Shown here one piece after another: positions 26,589-40,620 of a stretch of DNA of 64,000 bases (position 1 is the stretch's first letter; each line of letters opens with the position of its first letter). Source of the DNA: Octopus sinensis (taxonomy: Eukaryota); assembly GCF_006345805.1 (NCBI RefSeq), contig NC_042997.1:147250001-147314000 (forward strand), read 5' to 3'. The notes beneath the pieces were generated by a model. It was not told the DNA's origin. It saw only the letters and a list, made by a program, of their open reading frames with translations, and searched no databases. Position numbers and translations under genes: made by a program.

Positions 26589-26789
26589 ATATTATATATA
26601 TATATATGTATGTATGTATGTATATATGTATGCGTATATGTATATATATATATATCTATATATATAAGCCTGCAGCCGATAAGGTGTTATTATAGGCTTG
26701 CTGGATCAGGGTTGACGTCAACAACATTAACAACAGTAATTATCATTATCACCAATCTTATGCACACCATTATCCTCCTCCTCCACCTC

Positions 26790-26806
26790 CTTATTATGAT
26801 GACGAT

Positions 26807-26840
<34 letters not shown>

Positions 26841-27504
26841 CAATTGCTTATATTTTAGGCATCACCACTATCGAGATCTCCAACTTTCGTATGTTTTTCA
26901 TTTTCTATATCATTATCACCATGATAAAAAACGATGACGATAATGACGATGCTAATCATCATCATCATCAGTTTTATTGCGTTAATTCTACCCTACTTTT
27001 CCTTAACCGCCGTCATCACCACCGCTATCACCGTCATAATCCAACTTCATTATCCCGCCCCCACCGTCATAATCATAGCTGTCATTAACTCCCTGCTATC
27101 AATCTTTGTCTCATTATCTTCTCCACATTTTTTTTATCCCCTTCCTTCTCACCAACAGTCAGGATCATTATCGTCGTTCTCTGTAGGTATTATTACTGGT
27201 CACATTATCGGCCTTATAAGCATCTACATCATCGTCATCATCATCATCATCATCATCATTATCATCATCATCATCATCATCATCATCGTCGACGCCATCG
27301 TCATCATCTTCATCGTCGCTGTGAACCTTATCGACGGTATGATCGTACATCCTCATCATCGTCATTTTCATTATTAACGTTGTCGTCATCGTCGTCGGCG
27401 ACATCATCACAGCACGTTCATGATCATCAGCATCATCATTACCACCGCCATCATCTCCATCATCACCACCGTCATCATAACCACCGTCATCATCATCATC
27501 GTCG

Positions 27505-27542
<38 letters not shown>

Positions 27543-27845
27543 GTCGTCGTCGTCGTCGTCGTCGTCATAGACCATGCTATTCCGGACGTCTCAATTGTTG
27601 TTTGATAAAAATAATATCTCCTGTCAAGATGTATTTTGGTTCAATTCAAGTATCAACACAATTGTTATCGCTAATGCTTTGCAACAACAACAACAACAAC
27701 AACGAAACAACGATGACAACAACAACAACTACAAGAGCAGCCACAACAAAACAACACTAGTAATAATAGTAATAATAATAATAATAATGATAACAATTAT
27801 TTCATTATCATGATTGTTATTATTATTATTATTATTATTATTGCT
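26790..27845. repeat. Extended (CAT/CGT/CAC/CAA/AAT)n trinucleotide low-complexity tract
   Basis: Directly visible; produces poly-H/D/I ORFs in several frames. Confidence 0.95.
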
Positions 27846-28549
27846 AAAATAATTGGTAAAATGGACAAAACGCCAGAAAACAGCAAAAATACAAAAATAA
27901 AATGAATAACAGATGTAAAATGGAAAACAAACTTAAGAAAGAAACTACAAAACAATATAAATATAAGAAAGGGTGAACGAAACGTCTGTTGAATGATGCA
28001 TTATGTCTGGATATAATTTCAATATATATATATATATATAAATTGTTTATTTCTTATTTATTTCACAAACTATTGGGTTCTCAAAGCATTATTAAAAATT
28101 ATTCTTTCACACATTCATGCATAGACACTAAATCACGGTGCATCTATAATTTAGTAACAACTCATTGTAACAACTCGGTGAATGAGTTTTTTTGCAATTA
28201 CTTGGATATGCATCTTAATCTTAAGAGGTTCGAGTGTTTAAGAGTCGTAGTCCAATACACGAATGCAGTGCCTCAATATGGTTCTCACTTAAATTTTCGT
28301 CTAATTATGGTGGAAATATTTCTCCCCTTCTTGAGAGAAATTTTACTCTTTGTGGTAAAATTTTGGCAATATATATACGAAATCGACATGCGAGACAATG
28401 TGATATTATAAGGTGTAGCATTTATGTCTCGGTCTAAAATTTGACGGTTTGCATAAAATCAAAAAGCAACACAATATCTCATGTGAAAGATGAATATGTT
28501 TTAGATGAGATAAGAAATATATAAACTAGATTATGGCAAGGAGATAACA

Positions 28550-28950
28550 GTTTACTTATTGCAGCTGCCCTCAGCTTATACTACGGGCTCAAGACGGCTT
28601 CTGAACCTTGACCATGCATTCCTCACTGTGTTCTTGGGAAGGTGTTTCAACATCTTGATCTTGGCCACAAGTTTGGCCTTCGTGTTGCAGGTAGAGCGGT
28701 TGGTGCCTTTCTCAACCCTTCCTCCCCACATATAGTAATCCTTGGGATTACGATCGGGAAAAATTAGGAGGCCAGAATTTTGGGCTGGTAAAGTCGTAGA
28801 AATTCTCCGACAACCACTTCAGAGTGTTCCTGGAAGCATGGAAAGGAGACGAATTCTGCTGCTACACATATAACTTTTCCAACCAGAATTTAATTATTAT
28901 ACTCTCCAGTGCCTTCACATAGCCGTCTGAAGTGAGCCTAAGGCCCTGTT
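28550..28950 (-). mobile_element. maT/DD37D-type transposase 3' fragment
   Basis: Minus translation (one frameshift) QQNSSPFHASRNTLKWLSENFYDFTSPKFWPPN.PDRNPKDYYMWG; 37 residues between the second (mutated to N) and third catalytic positions. Confidence 0.75.
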
Positions 28951-30289
28951 ACAAGATGTGGGGAATGAATTTCGGCGTACGGACGCAGTCAGAATGTTTG
29001 TAGTGTCCCTTGACGCTAGCTACGGCTTCGTAATCTCCCTTAAGCTGTACATGCCACATTTTACACCCTTTACAGTGTTCCCAAAGCAGTGAACAACAGT
29101 CATGACATCGGCATTTTGACACCCGCCAGGAATCATCATGATACAAGCAACTCTTTTCGAATATTCAGAGTTTCCATTCCTCAATGTCTTCTAACTTTTT
29201 CTCAACTACAACTTTAATCTTTATGTTTTTCAACGCCGTTCGCTGCTCACTAATACCAAGCTGTTCCCGAAAAAAGGAGATAATAAAAAATAAATCGTCA
29301 CATTTAGCTGGAATATACTGTATTATTGATACGTGCAGTGAGTAGTTAATGCATGTGGATGTTATTAAAAGAAAGTAGGTTTAATGAACAGGCAAGCAGT
29401 TCAGGTTTAATGAGAGGGATTTAAGTTAAGTGCGGTTTGTACATGAATACAGGAATGGTATATCGTCTGCGTTGGTTTCGGTTTTCGAAGTTACAGCATA
29501 AAAATCGTTCATATACAGAAGAATGAAGATAAAAAGATATTAGTTAAACTTGGGTACTCAAGACTTGGCGAGATACTGTCAACTGTCAAGTATCCACTCC
29601 ATATAGATTTCTTAAGCGCTTTGGCAATATATTGTAAATTTGTGAGCCATTTGCCTCAACGCTGTTGTTTCATCTCGTCCTGATATTTGATGTGATGGTG
29701 GGAACTTCAGTGCTAAGCTATGGAAACAATATTGATAATTGGATATATCGAAAGTTGTTTCACTCTCCTCAAGAAACCTATCTTGCCTTTGCTCCGGACA
29801 GTAGAGTCTTAATGCTTTTAATCTCCCTCACTTGTTTTCCTGAGACTATTTTCTTCCTGAAGCAAATAACGAACGGTTTAGACTATCAACCGTGGGTGTG
29901 ATGGCAGGAACTACAAACCTCTTGTGGGCAATATGCTTGTTATAAGTTGAGAACTCCAATAAACATATTCTCTTTCCTCTTCTTGGATATTAATCCCAGG
30001 TTATTTCCTTATTTATGTTGTCCATGTTACTTACAATTGTTACACAAATTGTAGTATGTATGTATGTATGTATGTATGTATGTATGTATGTATGTATGTA
30101 TGTATGTATGTATGTATGTATATGTATGTATGTATGTATGTATGTGTGTGTGTGTATGTATGTATGTATGTATGTATGTATGTATGTATGTATGTATGTA
30201 TGTATCGATGGATGGACGTAAGCACATTTAGAGATGTATTAAGTACCAGGTTTTAAAAAAATAAGTGCTAAGGTGTATGAATGTATGTC

Positions 30290-31306
30290 ATGGTTTCTCC
30301 ACCAGAAATAATCACACATGGACAAATCAAGGGACCGAAGTGGCCAAGGAATATTACCAAACCTGGAAATGAGGCGGTCACCAAAGAGAGGACGAAGTAC
30401 ATCCATTGATGCTCTGGCTGTGTGGGGCGTCGCCCCATCCTGTTGAAACCACACACATCGAATAGGTACACGTTTTCGTCGTACTTTAGGCACAAAGAAG
30501 TTGTTTATCATCGCGAGGTGACGCTCGGAGTTCACAGTAACATCATTCCCATTGTCTTAAAAAAAAGTAAGGACCAATAATGGCAGCTTTTCCAGCAGCA
30601 CGCCAGACCGTCACTTTTGGGCCGTCATAGTGGTCTTTCTTGGATTTTAAAGAGCCCAATAACGACATACTATTGAAATGAAAATGAGCCTCATCTCTCA
30701 TTAACAAAATGAGGTTGTCATTTACCTAAAAAATTGCTTTCATCAGACGAACGAAGTTAAGCCGCCGTGCATAGTCATATGGCTTCAATTATTGCTCCAT
30801 GACAAATTTGTACGGGTGGAAATGCAGGTCTTCATACAAAATACGCCTTACCGATTGTTTACCGATGCCAAGTTCAGTGGAATACCTCTGATCAAAGCGA
30901 TTCGCACTCCATATCAAAGCTTTTCTGATGCGTTCCACATTTTCTGGGGTCCGTACCATCCGTGGCACCCCCACCAGTCTCCTATTCATTAGTGTACCTC
31001 GTGTACGAAGTGCATTTACCCAAGGTAATATTGTGTTACGGGTGGGAACAGCCTGATTTCGGTGAATGTTGAAATGGCGTGGAAACTCAAGCTAAACTGC
31101 TGTGACAGACTTGTTATTCTTCACGTAACTGCCGTAGGCACACACGCGATGCTATATAATACAGAGCACCATGGCTTTACCTGAAAAGAAAAGAAAAGAA
31201 AATTTAAGATACCACGGACCGAATGGTACCTGTCGGACATATGTCCCTCCCACTGGAGCTGAGCAATAGCCATTTAAAAGACGTCCGTCCTCTCTGCTCC
31301 ACCCTG
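30290..31306 (-). mobile_element. rosa/DD41D-type transposon, 3'-truncated and inactive
   Basis: WFQQDGATPHTA...PWPLRSLDLSMCDYFWW has 41 residues between the Ds; RTPENVERIR...LHFHPYK upstream; 5' TIR TA|CAGGGTGGAGCAGAGAGGACGGACG at 31306. Confidence 0.85.
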
Positions 31307-31309
31307 TAC

Positions 31310-32145
<836 letters not shown>

Positions 32146-32659
32146 TTTAACTTGGTTAATTTTTAAGTTCCACCAAATTTTTTGACCCATCGCTCTCAAT
32201 AGAGTCAACTTCGCCTGTAGGTGTTTTCTTTTTTGTTATGTATGTATCTCTTCTTGTTTTAATTCCAATAAGAAAGAAGCTGCTTTCTAACAAAGATAGA
32301 TAGCTCCCCCCCCCAAAAAAAAAAGAAAACTTGAACATGAGAAAATTCTTGCATATTTTTACTGTTTCACTTACAGAATTTATTTGCAATTTGCGTGTTA
32401 GCTATTTGATTTCGGTTTCTGAAAACTCAAATTTTCCTGATTATCACGTAGACATTTACTCACAAAAGCATAAGGCATATGTATGTATGTACGCATGTAT
32501 GTATTTATGTATATATGTACGTATGTATGTATGTATGTATGTATGTATGTATGTATGTATGTATGTATGTATGTATGTATGTATGTATGTATGGATGGAT
32601 GGATGGATGGATGAATGGATGGATGGATCGATGGATGGATGTAAGCACATTTAGAGATG

Positions 32660-32765
32660 CATTAAGTACCAGGTTTAAAAAAATAAGTGCTGAGGTCGAT
32701 TCGTTCGAGTAAAATTATACAAGGGGATGCCCCAGCATGGCCGCAACCTAAACAAGTAAAAATAT
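32660..32765 (+). mobile_element. SINE family B 3' fragment
   Basis: taagtaccaggttt...gaggtcgattcgttcga...gccccagcatggccgca...aaacaagtaaaa. Confidence 0.75.
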
Positions 32766-32777
32766 AAAGGATAAAAG

Positions 32778-32808
<31 letters not shown>

Positions 32809-32833
32809 ATAATAATAATAGATATATATGTTT

Positions 32834-32910
<77 letters not shown>

Positions 32911-33402
32911 TGAAAAACAATTATATGAATTATATTTCATATATACAGAGCTGGAAATGTAAAAATGTCCAAGGACAGATGAATAGATAGAACAACTGTA
33001 ATTAAGAGCTGTATAAATAATGCACAAAAATTGCACAATCTCATTAAATCTGTCAAAATTGCGTGCAATTGGGCAGTCACCTATTTTAAGCTAAGATATC
33101 TTGCTTGTCTATAAATGTAAATATATATGTTACATTTCATTACGTTTCCTAGAATTGAGCTTCGACTATTAATGGTGTTGTTGTTTCTGTTGTTGTTGCC
33201 ATTAATTTTCTTACAATTGATTGGTTTATGGAAAGAGAAAACATTAATTGTCGTCGTCAGAGAACACGACTGTAGGGGATATGTTGTAGCTTGAAAGTTT
33301 TCTCACCATATTACTGATTAATTATCCAGAAACGAAATTAAATATTCATTTATCGTTTCCGATGTTCACGGCAGAGTTATGACAACATTGACAAAATGAA
33401 TG

Positions 33403-33451
<49 letters not shown>

Positions 33452-34208
33452 GTGCGTGCATGTATGTATGTATGTACGTGTGTATGTATGTATGTATGTA
33501 TGTATGTGTATATGTATTTTGAGTGTATATATATATATATAAGTATATTATATATATTTATGTTTTATATGTATGTATATATATATATGTTTATATATAC
33601 ATATATATATATGTTTATATAAATATGTTCATATATATACATATATCTATATATGTTTATATATATATGTATTCATACACACACACACACATATATATAT
33701 GCATGACTATATATGTGAGTCAGTGTGTGGGAAGCACACACATACGCACACAACACCATATCATTATCTGTGAAATATACAGTATGTACACCGATTAAAG
33801 TATGTATACCGTTGAATGTAATGATGATGTGGTTTTATCTGAGAAAACATCTCTCCTTAGATATATTGCGTTAAAAGCGAGGCCAGCTTTCCTCAATACC
33901 ATTGAATATATTATTCAGCGTTTCGTACTTATCGAAGCGTGAACGTTGTCCGAGCAAGTGATAAATGGTTACAAGATATTGACGAGTCCCTCGAAGAACG
34001 AAGTACATCTGTCACTCTCGCGAAACACTGTTGCGAAGATGTTCGTCTCGCTCTGTTATATTTTGTGATTCTAACATATGTGTCTGAAAAGATTTGCTCG
34101 CAGAGAAAACCAAAGCCTCATGCATTTCCACTAATGTATATACATTTAATATGATCCATATAAGTCAGTTATAATTTACTTCTCTTTCCCTTGATTTCAA
34201 ACACACAC

Positions 34209-34262
<54 letters not shown>

Positions 34263-34378
34263 TATATATATATGTATGTATATAGACTGTTGGGATACAC
34301 AAGAATGAGCAAAGCATTTAAAGCGTTTAGTGGAACTCCATAGACTTATTAACAAGTTGAATCAGCCGAGCATTGCTT

Positions 34379-34469
34379 GACGTTTCGTGCATACAAAGAC
34401 ACGCCTCGCTCATTAGATATCAACAGTCAGCGTCCGGCTCTGGGCATCTGATGAGCAAGGCGTGTCTTT
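34379..34469. repeat. Short inverted repeat (24-bp arms) overlapping a hammerhead-like core
   Basis: aaagacacgcctcgctcattagat versus atctgatgagcaaggcgtgtcttt; minus strand reads CTAATGA g...c GAAAC GTC and the right arm preserves CTGATGA. Confidence 0.6.
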
Positions 34470-34539
34470 ACGCCTACCGACCTTCAAATAATGGGGACCT
34501 GACTCAACCTGTTTATACGCAAACACCCACACAAACGAG

Positions 34540-34742
34540 CATACACACACATACACCACACACACATGTATACACACACACACATACATACACACACACA
34601 CATATATACACACATATTTATGTCAATATACAAATATATAGATACGTGTATCTTTCTGTCTGCCTACCTGTCTGTCTGTCTATCTATATATATCTATCTA
34701 TCTACCTACGTATCTATCTATCTATTTATCTACCTACCTACG

Positions 34743-34796
<54 letters not shown>

Positions 34797-34980
34797 CCTA
34801 CGTATTTATCTATCTACCAACCTATGTATCTATCTACCTACGTATCTATCTATCTACCTACCTACGTATCTATCTATCTACCTACCTACCTATCTATGTA
34901 TTATGTATGTATGTATGTATGTATGTATGTATGTATGTATCTATCTATATATATATATATATCTTTATATCTATCTACCT
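34540..34980. repeat. (CA)n, (TCTA/CCTA)n and (TATG)n compound microsatellite
   Basis: Directly visible. Confidence 0.95.
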
Positions 34981-35519
34981 CCCGCATTCCCTCCCTTCTG
35001 CACCAGCATCAAGCACCAAATTCCCATACTACTAGCAAATCTACCACACCAACTTCATTACTAACTATAACTACCACTCGGCACCACCTCAGTCGCAAAC
35101 AACACTACCACCACCATCAATCATGTCCACCAGCAACACTGCCACCACAGACAACATATTCACCGCCATTACCGACAGTAAACCTTCACCCCGCCCAAGT
35201 CTTCAAAACCATCGACTACATTAACACATCGCCAATAGCAACTCCACGAACAATGCATTCACCACCGCCACCAGCATTACCACTACGAAACCACCACTAG
35301 CCCGCCCGACCTAACCACGTACCTTAATACAGGGATGTTAGTGATTTAGGTATAAAAGCAAATTAAGAATAAGTTGTGAGCCACTAACATCAACGCCACC
35401 ACCCACACCAGCTCAACCACTGTTCCAGACTCTCTCAAGTAACATCAAAATGAAATAATACGAGAAAAACAAAGGGAGAAGATGTATACATCAAAGGGAA
35501 ACGCTCCCACTACTATTTT

Positions 35520-36085
35520 AGTTACCATCATTATCATTATCATCATCTGCAGCAATAGCAACAGCAGCAGAACAACCACCACCGCCACCACCACCACTAC
35601 CGCCGTGCCCCGCCACTACTGCTGCCGCCACCATCACCACCATCATCATCATAATCAATAGCAGCACCAGCACCAGCACCAGCACCATCACCGTCACTTC
35701 TGCTGTTTTTACTACTACTGCGCCACCATCTTCACCACCATCACCACCATCGTCTTCATTATCATCATCATAATAATCAGTAGCAGCAGCAGCAGTAGCA
35801 ACACCACCACCACTACCACCACCACCACCGTGCCGCCGTCACTTCTGCTGTTGCCACTACTGCTGCCGCCAGCACCACCATCAATTTCATCATTGTCATA
35901 ACTATCAGTAGCAGCAGCTGCCTCAATCAACACCACTACCAGTGCTATCAACACCACCACCATAATTATCATCATCATCATTTGAAGCAGCAGTAGCATC
36001 ATCACCAGCATTATCACTATCATCACCAGCATTATCACTATCATCACCAGCATTATCACTATCATCACCAGCATCACCACCATGA
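35520..36085. repeat. (CAC/CAG/CAT)n low-complexity tract with a 21-bp minisatellite at about 35998-36080
   Basis: atcaccagcattatcactatc is repeated about 3.5 times. Confidence 0.9.
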
Positions 36086-36549
36086 CGAGATAGAGTTGAA
36101 ATTAGGGCAAAAGTTGTTTCATGTGAAAAGTTGGAAAGTAACGCCATCAAATTATCTATGTAAATACGAAATTTAGAAAACTTAGATTAATTGAAATTAT
36201 CCAAAGAATTAGTAAGCAGAAACTCCCTCCAGGGGTGATTTAATAAAAGCTAAAAAAAAAGCTGGAAAAATTAACAAGGGAGATAATTTGAATGAGATCA
36301 GATGAGTGAAATTTTTGATTAGTACGGGGAATGAATACGTAACCGAGTTTGATTAATATAACTTGGTGGTAATGGTGATGAAGAGATACTAGTGGGGATA
36401 ACATGGTGGTGGTGGTGGTGGTGGTGGGTGATTTGTGCGTACTTGGGAGCTGATGTTAAGGACCTTGGTTGTGCTTGAGCTATCTAGGCTGCTGCATGTT
36501 TAGTGTCTGGCGTTAGTTGCGATGATGGCGGGAGTGACGCTTTTGTTAG

Positions 36550-36704
36550 TAAAAGTAGTAGTTGTAGTAGTAGTAGTAGTAGTAATAGTAGTAGCAATAT
36601 TGGTAGTATTGGAGGCAGTTGTAGTATTTATAATAATAGTAGTAATAGTAGTTGTAGTAGTAGTAGTTGTAGTAGTGGTAGTTGTAGTAGTAGTAGTAGT
36701 AGTT

Positions 36705-36737
<33 letters not shown>

Positions 36738-36740
36738 ACA
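36550..36740. repeat. (TAG)n microsatellite
   Basis: Directly visible. Confidence 0.95.
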
Positions 36741-37599
36741 GCAGCATGGTGTTGATGTTTACTTTGAAGTTGAAGTAGTGTTACTGTTCGTTGTAACTTT
36801 TAATGTCAGGTAATAGTGGTGATGGTAATTGTTGTATAGGTGGTAGCAGCAGTGATAGTAAAACGGATATATTCTGAAGATGAAGTTGCAAAATTGTGCT
36901 TCGAGCTTGTGCTCTCGTCTGTATAGTGTATGTATAGTAACATGTAGTAGTGGAGACATTTGTGATTATATGACGGTAGTAAGGAATACAGCCTGCACCA
37001 GCTTCTTCAGTTTGTAATTCTCGAAGTCATTTTTTATGTTTTCTGATCGCTTTGCAGAGAACAGAATATTCAAGGTTATAATTCATGTTTATTTTCATAG
37101 CTTTCCGTTTCTGTAGCATTTTCGTCCTCACCTCTGAGATTCTTCCGTTAGGCTCTCGCTGGCTTGAAGTTTTCGCTTTCCAAATACAGGCATTAATTTT
37201 CTGGATCAGTGAGTTGTAGTCCTCATCGAACTCTTTAAGTTGATTCCATGACGATGGAAAGACGATTTAGTTAAGCGATTTGGGACATGATGAAGAAAAA
37301 AATCGCGCAAAGCAAGAATTGAAGGCGCACGCTGATTAACCTTTGTGGAAGAAGTTCCTATACATTGTGTATTTTACGTCTAGTGCATATTTTTGTGTAA
37401 GCGCTTTCCTTTTCCAACTTTTCAGACACACGGGCTAATGCATAAAGGGGAAGTTGATTCTGGTAATGGTGTTAAATATTTCCAGTTCAGCTTCAAAGAA
37501 TTTAAGAGAGATTCTCAAAAGAATTTATTCTTGAAGTATTACGGTTACAACTGGAAACAACTTCTTTGACAATCAATATCATTTACAAATGCAAGGCAC

Positions 37600-38030
37600 A
37601 ACAATGTGGACGAAAGTCGCACTAAAATTCGTGAGACTAGTAAAGGGATACCTGGAAAAATATCGATACCCTGTCCAGAACTACTTATGATCATCATTTC
37701 CAAACCTATTGGGAACTGGAAAGAGTTTTGTCTGATTGCTTCATATTTTGGAACAAGAGTCAGGAGAACTTTACATTAAATTAATAAACGGAATTCCCGA
37801 ATCTATCTAATTCACTTGGAGATGAATTATTTGGACATTCTGATGATTAAAGAAAATGAGACGGTTTCGACCGATCTCTCCTGCAATGACGCACACCAAT
37901 ATTTATATTTCAGATTTTACCATCCTTCCCCAAAAAGAACATACCATTTAACATGACAACACATATATGTTCAGTGGTTACAGATACCAATAGATGCCTC
38001 TAGAGGATGTCTCTAAATTTCCAAACGGAA
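37600..38030 (+). mobile_element. Penelope-like element reverse transcriptase relic
   Basis: Manual translation across frameshifts: DCFIFWNKS (RY.DD.F motif region), YLDILMIKENETVSTDL..DAHQYLYF..HP, KNIPFNM...IC, as in PLE RT C-terminal regions. Confidence 0.7.
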
Positions 38031-38415
38031 ATGAAGAACAGCCCTACTTGACAAGGGGAGATAATATCATGAATTAATGAATTACCATTAAGGAAAAGTA
38101 CAGGCTCGTTGAATTAGCATCGAGGTATTTCACAAGAGCATGTACCATCAACGTATACTTCGGGTGGACTAGTGAGACTGTGTGACTAGCCTGGGCTTTT
38201 AAATTACATGTAAATTCCATTCAACAGGCTTCCGTACGATTGACGTCTGTTAAGCTTTGCTCATAAGATACAAGTCGACGTGAGACTAGAGAAAAGGACA
38301 CTTGCCCAAATCGTCACGTAGCGGAATACAAGACTAAATTATTGCCTCATAGTGTGCCTACACAAACACACAGACAGACACACGCATGCAAACAGATACA
38401 CTGATGCACATATAT

Positions 38416-38447
<32 letters not shown>

Positions 38448-38751
38448 GGGCGACCACACACACATGTGTATATGTATATATACATGTATGCATCCAAACC
38501 TATATATATATACAAACCGAAAATTTGACATACTTTTAATTTAAAATATATCAAATTTTCCGGTGCTTGTTTAAATATACACTTACTCTGCATATATTAT
38601 AATATAATCATATATTATGGTTCACCAAGATTTTCGACTAATATGTATGACTTTCTCATTTAAAATCCACTCGCAAGACTTTGGTTGGCCCGAGCTTGTG
38701 GTAGAAGACACTTGCTTAAGACAGATGCCACGCAGTGCGACTGAACCCGGA

Positions 38752-39068
38752 ATTTGTTTGCAAGCACTACAATTGTTTCTACGCAACATAGTTCTCCAGG
38801 CTTGCAGGTATTTGGTTATGTAACCGTATCTCTATAATATAAATATATATTGCCTGGAGTTAGTAGCCACTACTACTAACTGCTGACCACAACAGACAGA
38901 TAGTATGCTCTTGAAGCCGAGAATTTGAAATTACAGATACAATATTTATATATCACCTGAGGAAACACAACTAGATCACATAATGCAGGGAAACGATTAC
39001 ATAACCAAATACCTGCAAGCCTGGAGAACTACATTGCGTAGAAACGACTTTAGTGATTGCAAATAAAT
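38752..39068. repeat. Inverted repeat, arms about 75 bp, with a degenerate hammerhead-like motif
   Basis: tagttctccaggcttgcaggtatttggttatgtaa versus ttacataaccaaatacctgcaagcctggagaacta; minus strand of the left arm: tgcaagc CTGGAGA...GAAAC aatt GTA gt gcttgca. Confidence 0.8.
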
Positions 39069-39294
39069 GTCCAACCGTACTCCTTGATGAATCCAACTTA
39101 TTTGGACCAGCCCTTTAGGCAATAAATACTCATAGGGTTGGTTTTCTCTTTGTACACTACCGAAATATCCTATCTGATATTTTGATACTCACCAACCATA
39201 GGCCGGAACCACAGAGATTACAACCGTACCTGGTGCATACCTTTTCAAGTACCTGATTCTATCTGAACCCTTATATAGTGAAATTATATATATA

Positions 39295-39713
39295 CTAGCA
39301 GTATCGCCCGGCGTTGCTCGGGTTTGTAAGGGAAATAACTATATAAGCATTTTTAGAGAGTTACTTCCCTTATAGATGCCAATTCGGGCTTTCTTAGCCA
39401 TTTCTGTTTTGGTGTCTTCAAGCCATGAAGTCGTTGTTCTAAAAGAATGCTGGTCTCCTTGACAACGCTTTACGACGTTGATTTCCTTACACACGAAAAA
39501 TTATGCATTAAAATGGAATAAAAAATGATGTTAAATTATTTTTAAAATCGTAGACTCATCGTAGACGCGCGCTAATACACAGACGGGCTCGATATGAATC
39601 ACGACTATAAGATACCCGAATTTGGTTAAACTGCACCGCAAAATGTGGGAGTAGTTAGGAATCTAAATCGAAGGGGACAGACACTCACACAACTACAGTT
39701 TTATATATATAGA
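39295..39713 (-). mobile_element. Non-autonomous Helitron
   Basis: Minus strand A|TCtatatatataaaac ... cccgagcaacgccggg hairpin ... CTAG|T: canonical 5'-TC, subterminal hairpin, 3'-CTAG and A|T insertion site. Confidence 0.85.
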
Positions 39714-39719
39714 TATATA

Positions 39720-39957
39720 GAGGATAGCCCAAAAGTAGGGTTCCAGTTATTCCACTATCTCTTTCTTAGCATTCATCTATTAACAGTCTAGATGTTAATT
39801 CTAAAAAAGTATGAAACCATTATTCCATGCTAATTTAGTTAATTTTATCAAGCTCTCTTTTCATTTTGTAGGATAGAAATTTAAGTGTAATAACATGTTT
39901 TAAAAGAAATTTAAAGTACCTACGTAATAACTGTAAGCCTACGTTTGGGTCACCCTG
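39720..39957. mobile_element. Tc1/mariner-type MITE
   Basis: Imperfect TIRs gaggatagcccaaaagtagggttccagttatt and aataactgtaagcctacgtttgggtcaccctg. Confidence 0.65.
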
Positions 39958-39986
39958 AATAGTATTCATAAACAACAATTTTACTG

Positions 39987-40031
39987 ACTGTGACTTCGAA
40001 GTTTCGGCCAATTACGCTATCGTCAGACTGT
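39987..40031 (-). ncRNA. Minimal type I hammerhead motif (Penelope-type)
   Basis: acagt CTGACGA tagcgtaattggcc GAAAC ttcgaa GTC acagt: intact core boxes, perfect palindrome acttcgaagt in stem III, stem I 4/5 paired, weak stem II. Confidence 0.6.
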
Positions 40032-40260
40032 GATGCATTGAAGGTAATCTGGTGAGTTAAAATATTCTTTGGAGACATGAATTTTAGTGGAGTGGTAATT
40101 TGGGTTTTAGGTAGGTTGTTATGGAGAAGCGTTTTGGAGAAATTTTATTGATCAAATTTGGGGTTATGTTATTGTTTAGAATTTATCCATGTATGTAGAG
40201 TTTTGTTAGCAGGTGTGAATATTTGTGGGTGTTCCTTCTGGTTGGTAGGTACAGGATAAT

Positions 40261-40620
40261 ACCTATTTCTTTACTACCCACAAGGGGCTAAACGCAGAGA
40301 GAACAAACAAGGACAGACAAACGGATTAAGTCGATTATATCGACCCCAGTGCGTAACTGGTACTTAATTTATCGACCCCGAAAGGATGAAAGGCAAAATC
40401 GACCTCGGCGGAATTTGAACCCAGAACGTTACAGCACACGAAATACCGCTAAGCATTTCGCCCGGCGTGCTAACGATTCTGCCAGCTCGCCGGCTTTAAA
40501 GGATGAAAAGCAAAGTTGACTTCTGCGGAATTTGAACTTAGAACGTAAAAACGGACGAATTATTACTAGGCATTTCGCCCGGCATGCTAAAGGTTCTGCT
40601 GCCAGCTCACCGCCTTAAGA
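40261..40620 (-). mobile_element. SINE family A composite (partial copy + full copy with tail B), with TSD
   Basis: Flanked by taggtacaggataat and taggtataggataat; two tRNA-like heads. Confidence 0.9.

Noticed and set aside
26891-27813. Poly-His/Asp/Ile ORFs resembling metal-binding or biomineral proteins
   Set aside because: Trinucleotide repeats open in several frames on both strands, with no splice or unique-sequence support
29665-29901. 78-aa ORF in non-microsatellite DNA
   Set aside because: No recognisable motif or clear splice signals; cannot be supported as an exon
35715-36778. GDDSDNA-repeat, poly-Ser and poly-Val ORFs
   Set aside because: Products of a 21-bp minisatellite and (TAG)n; no evidence of coding constraint
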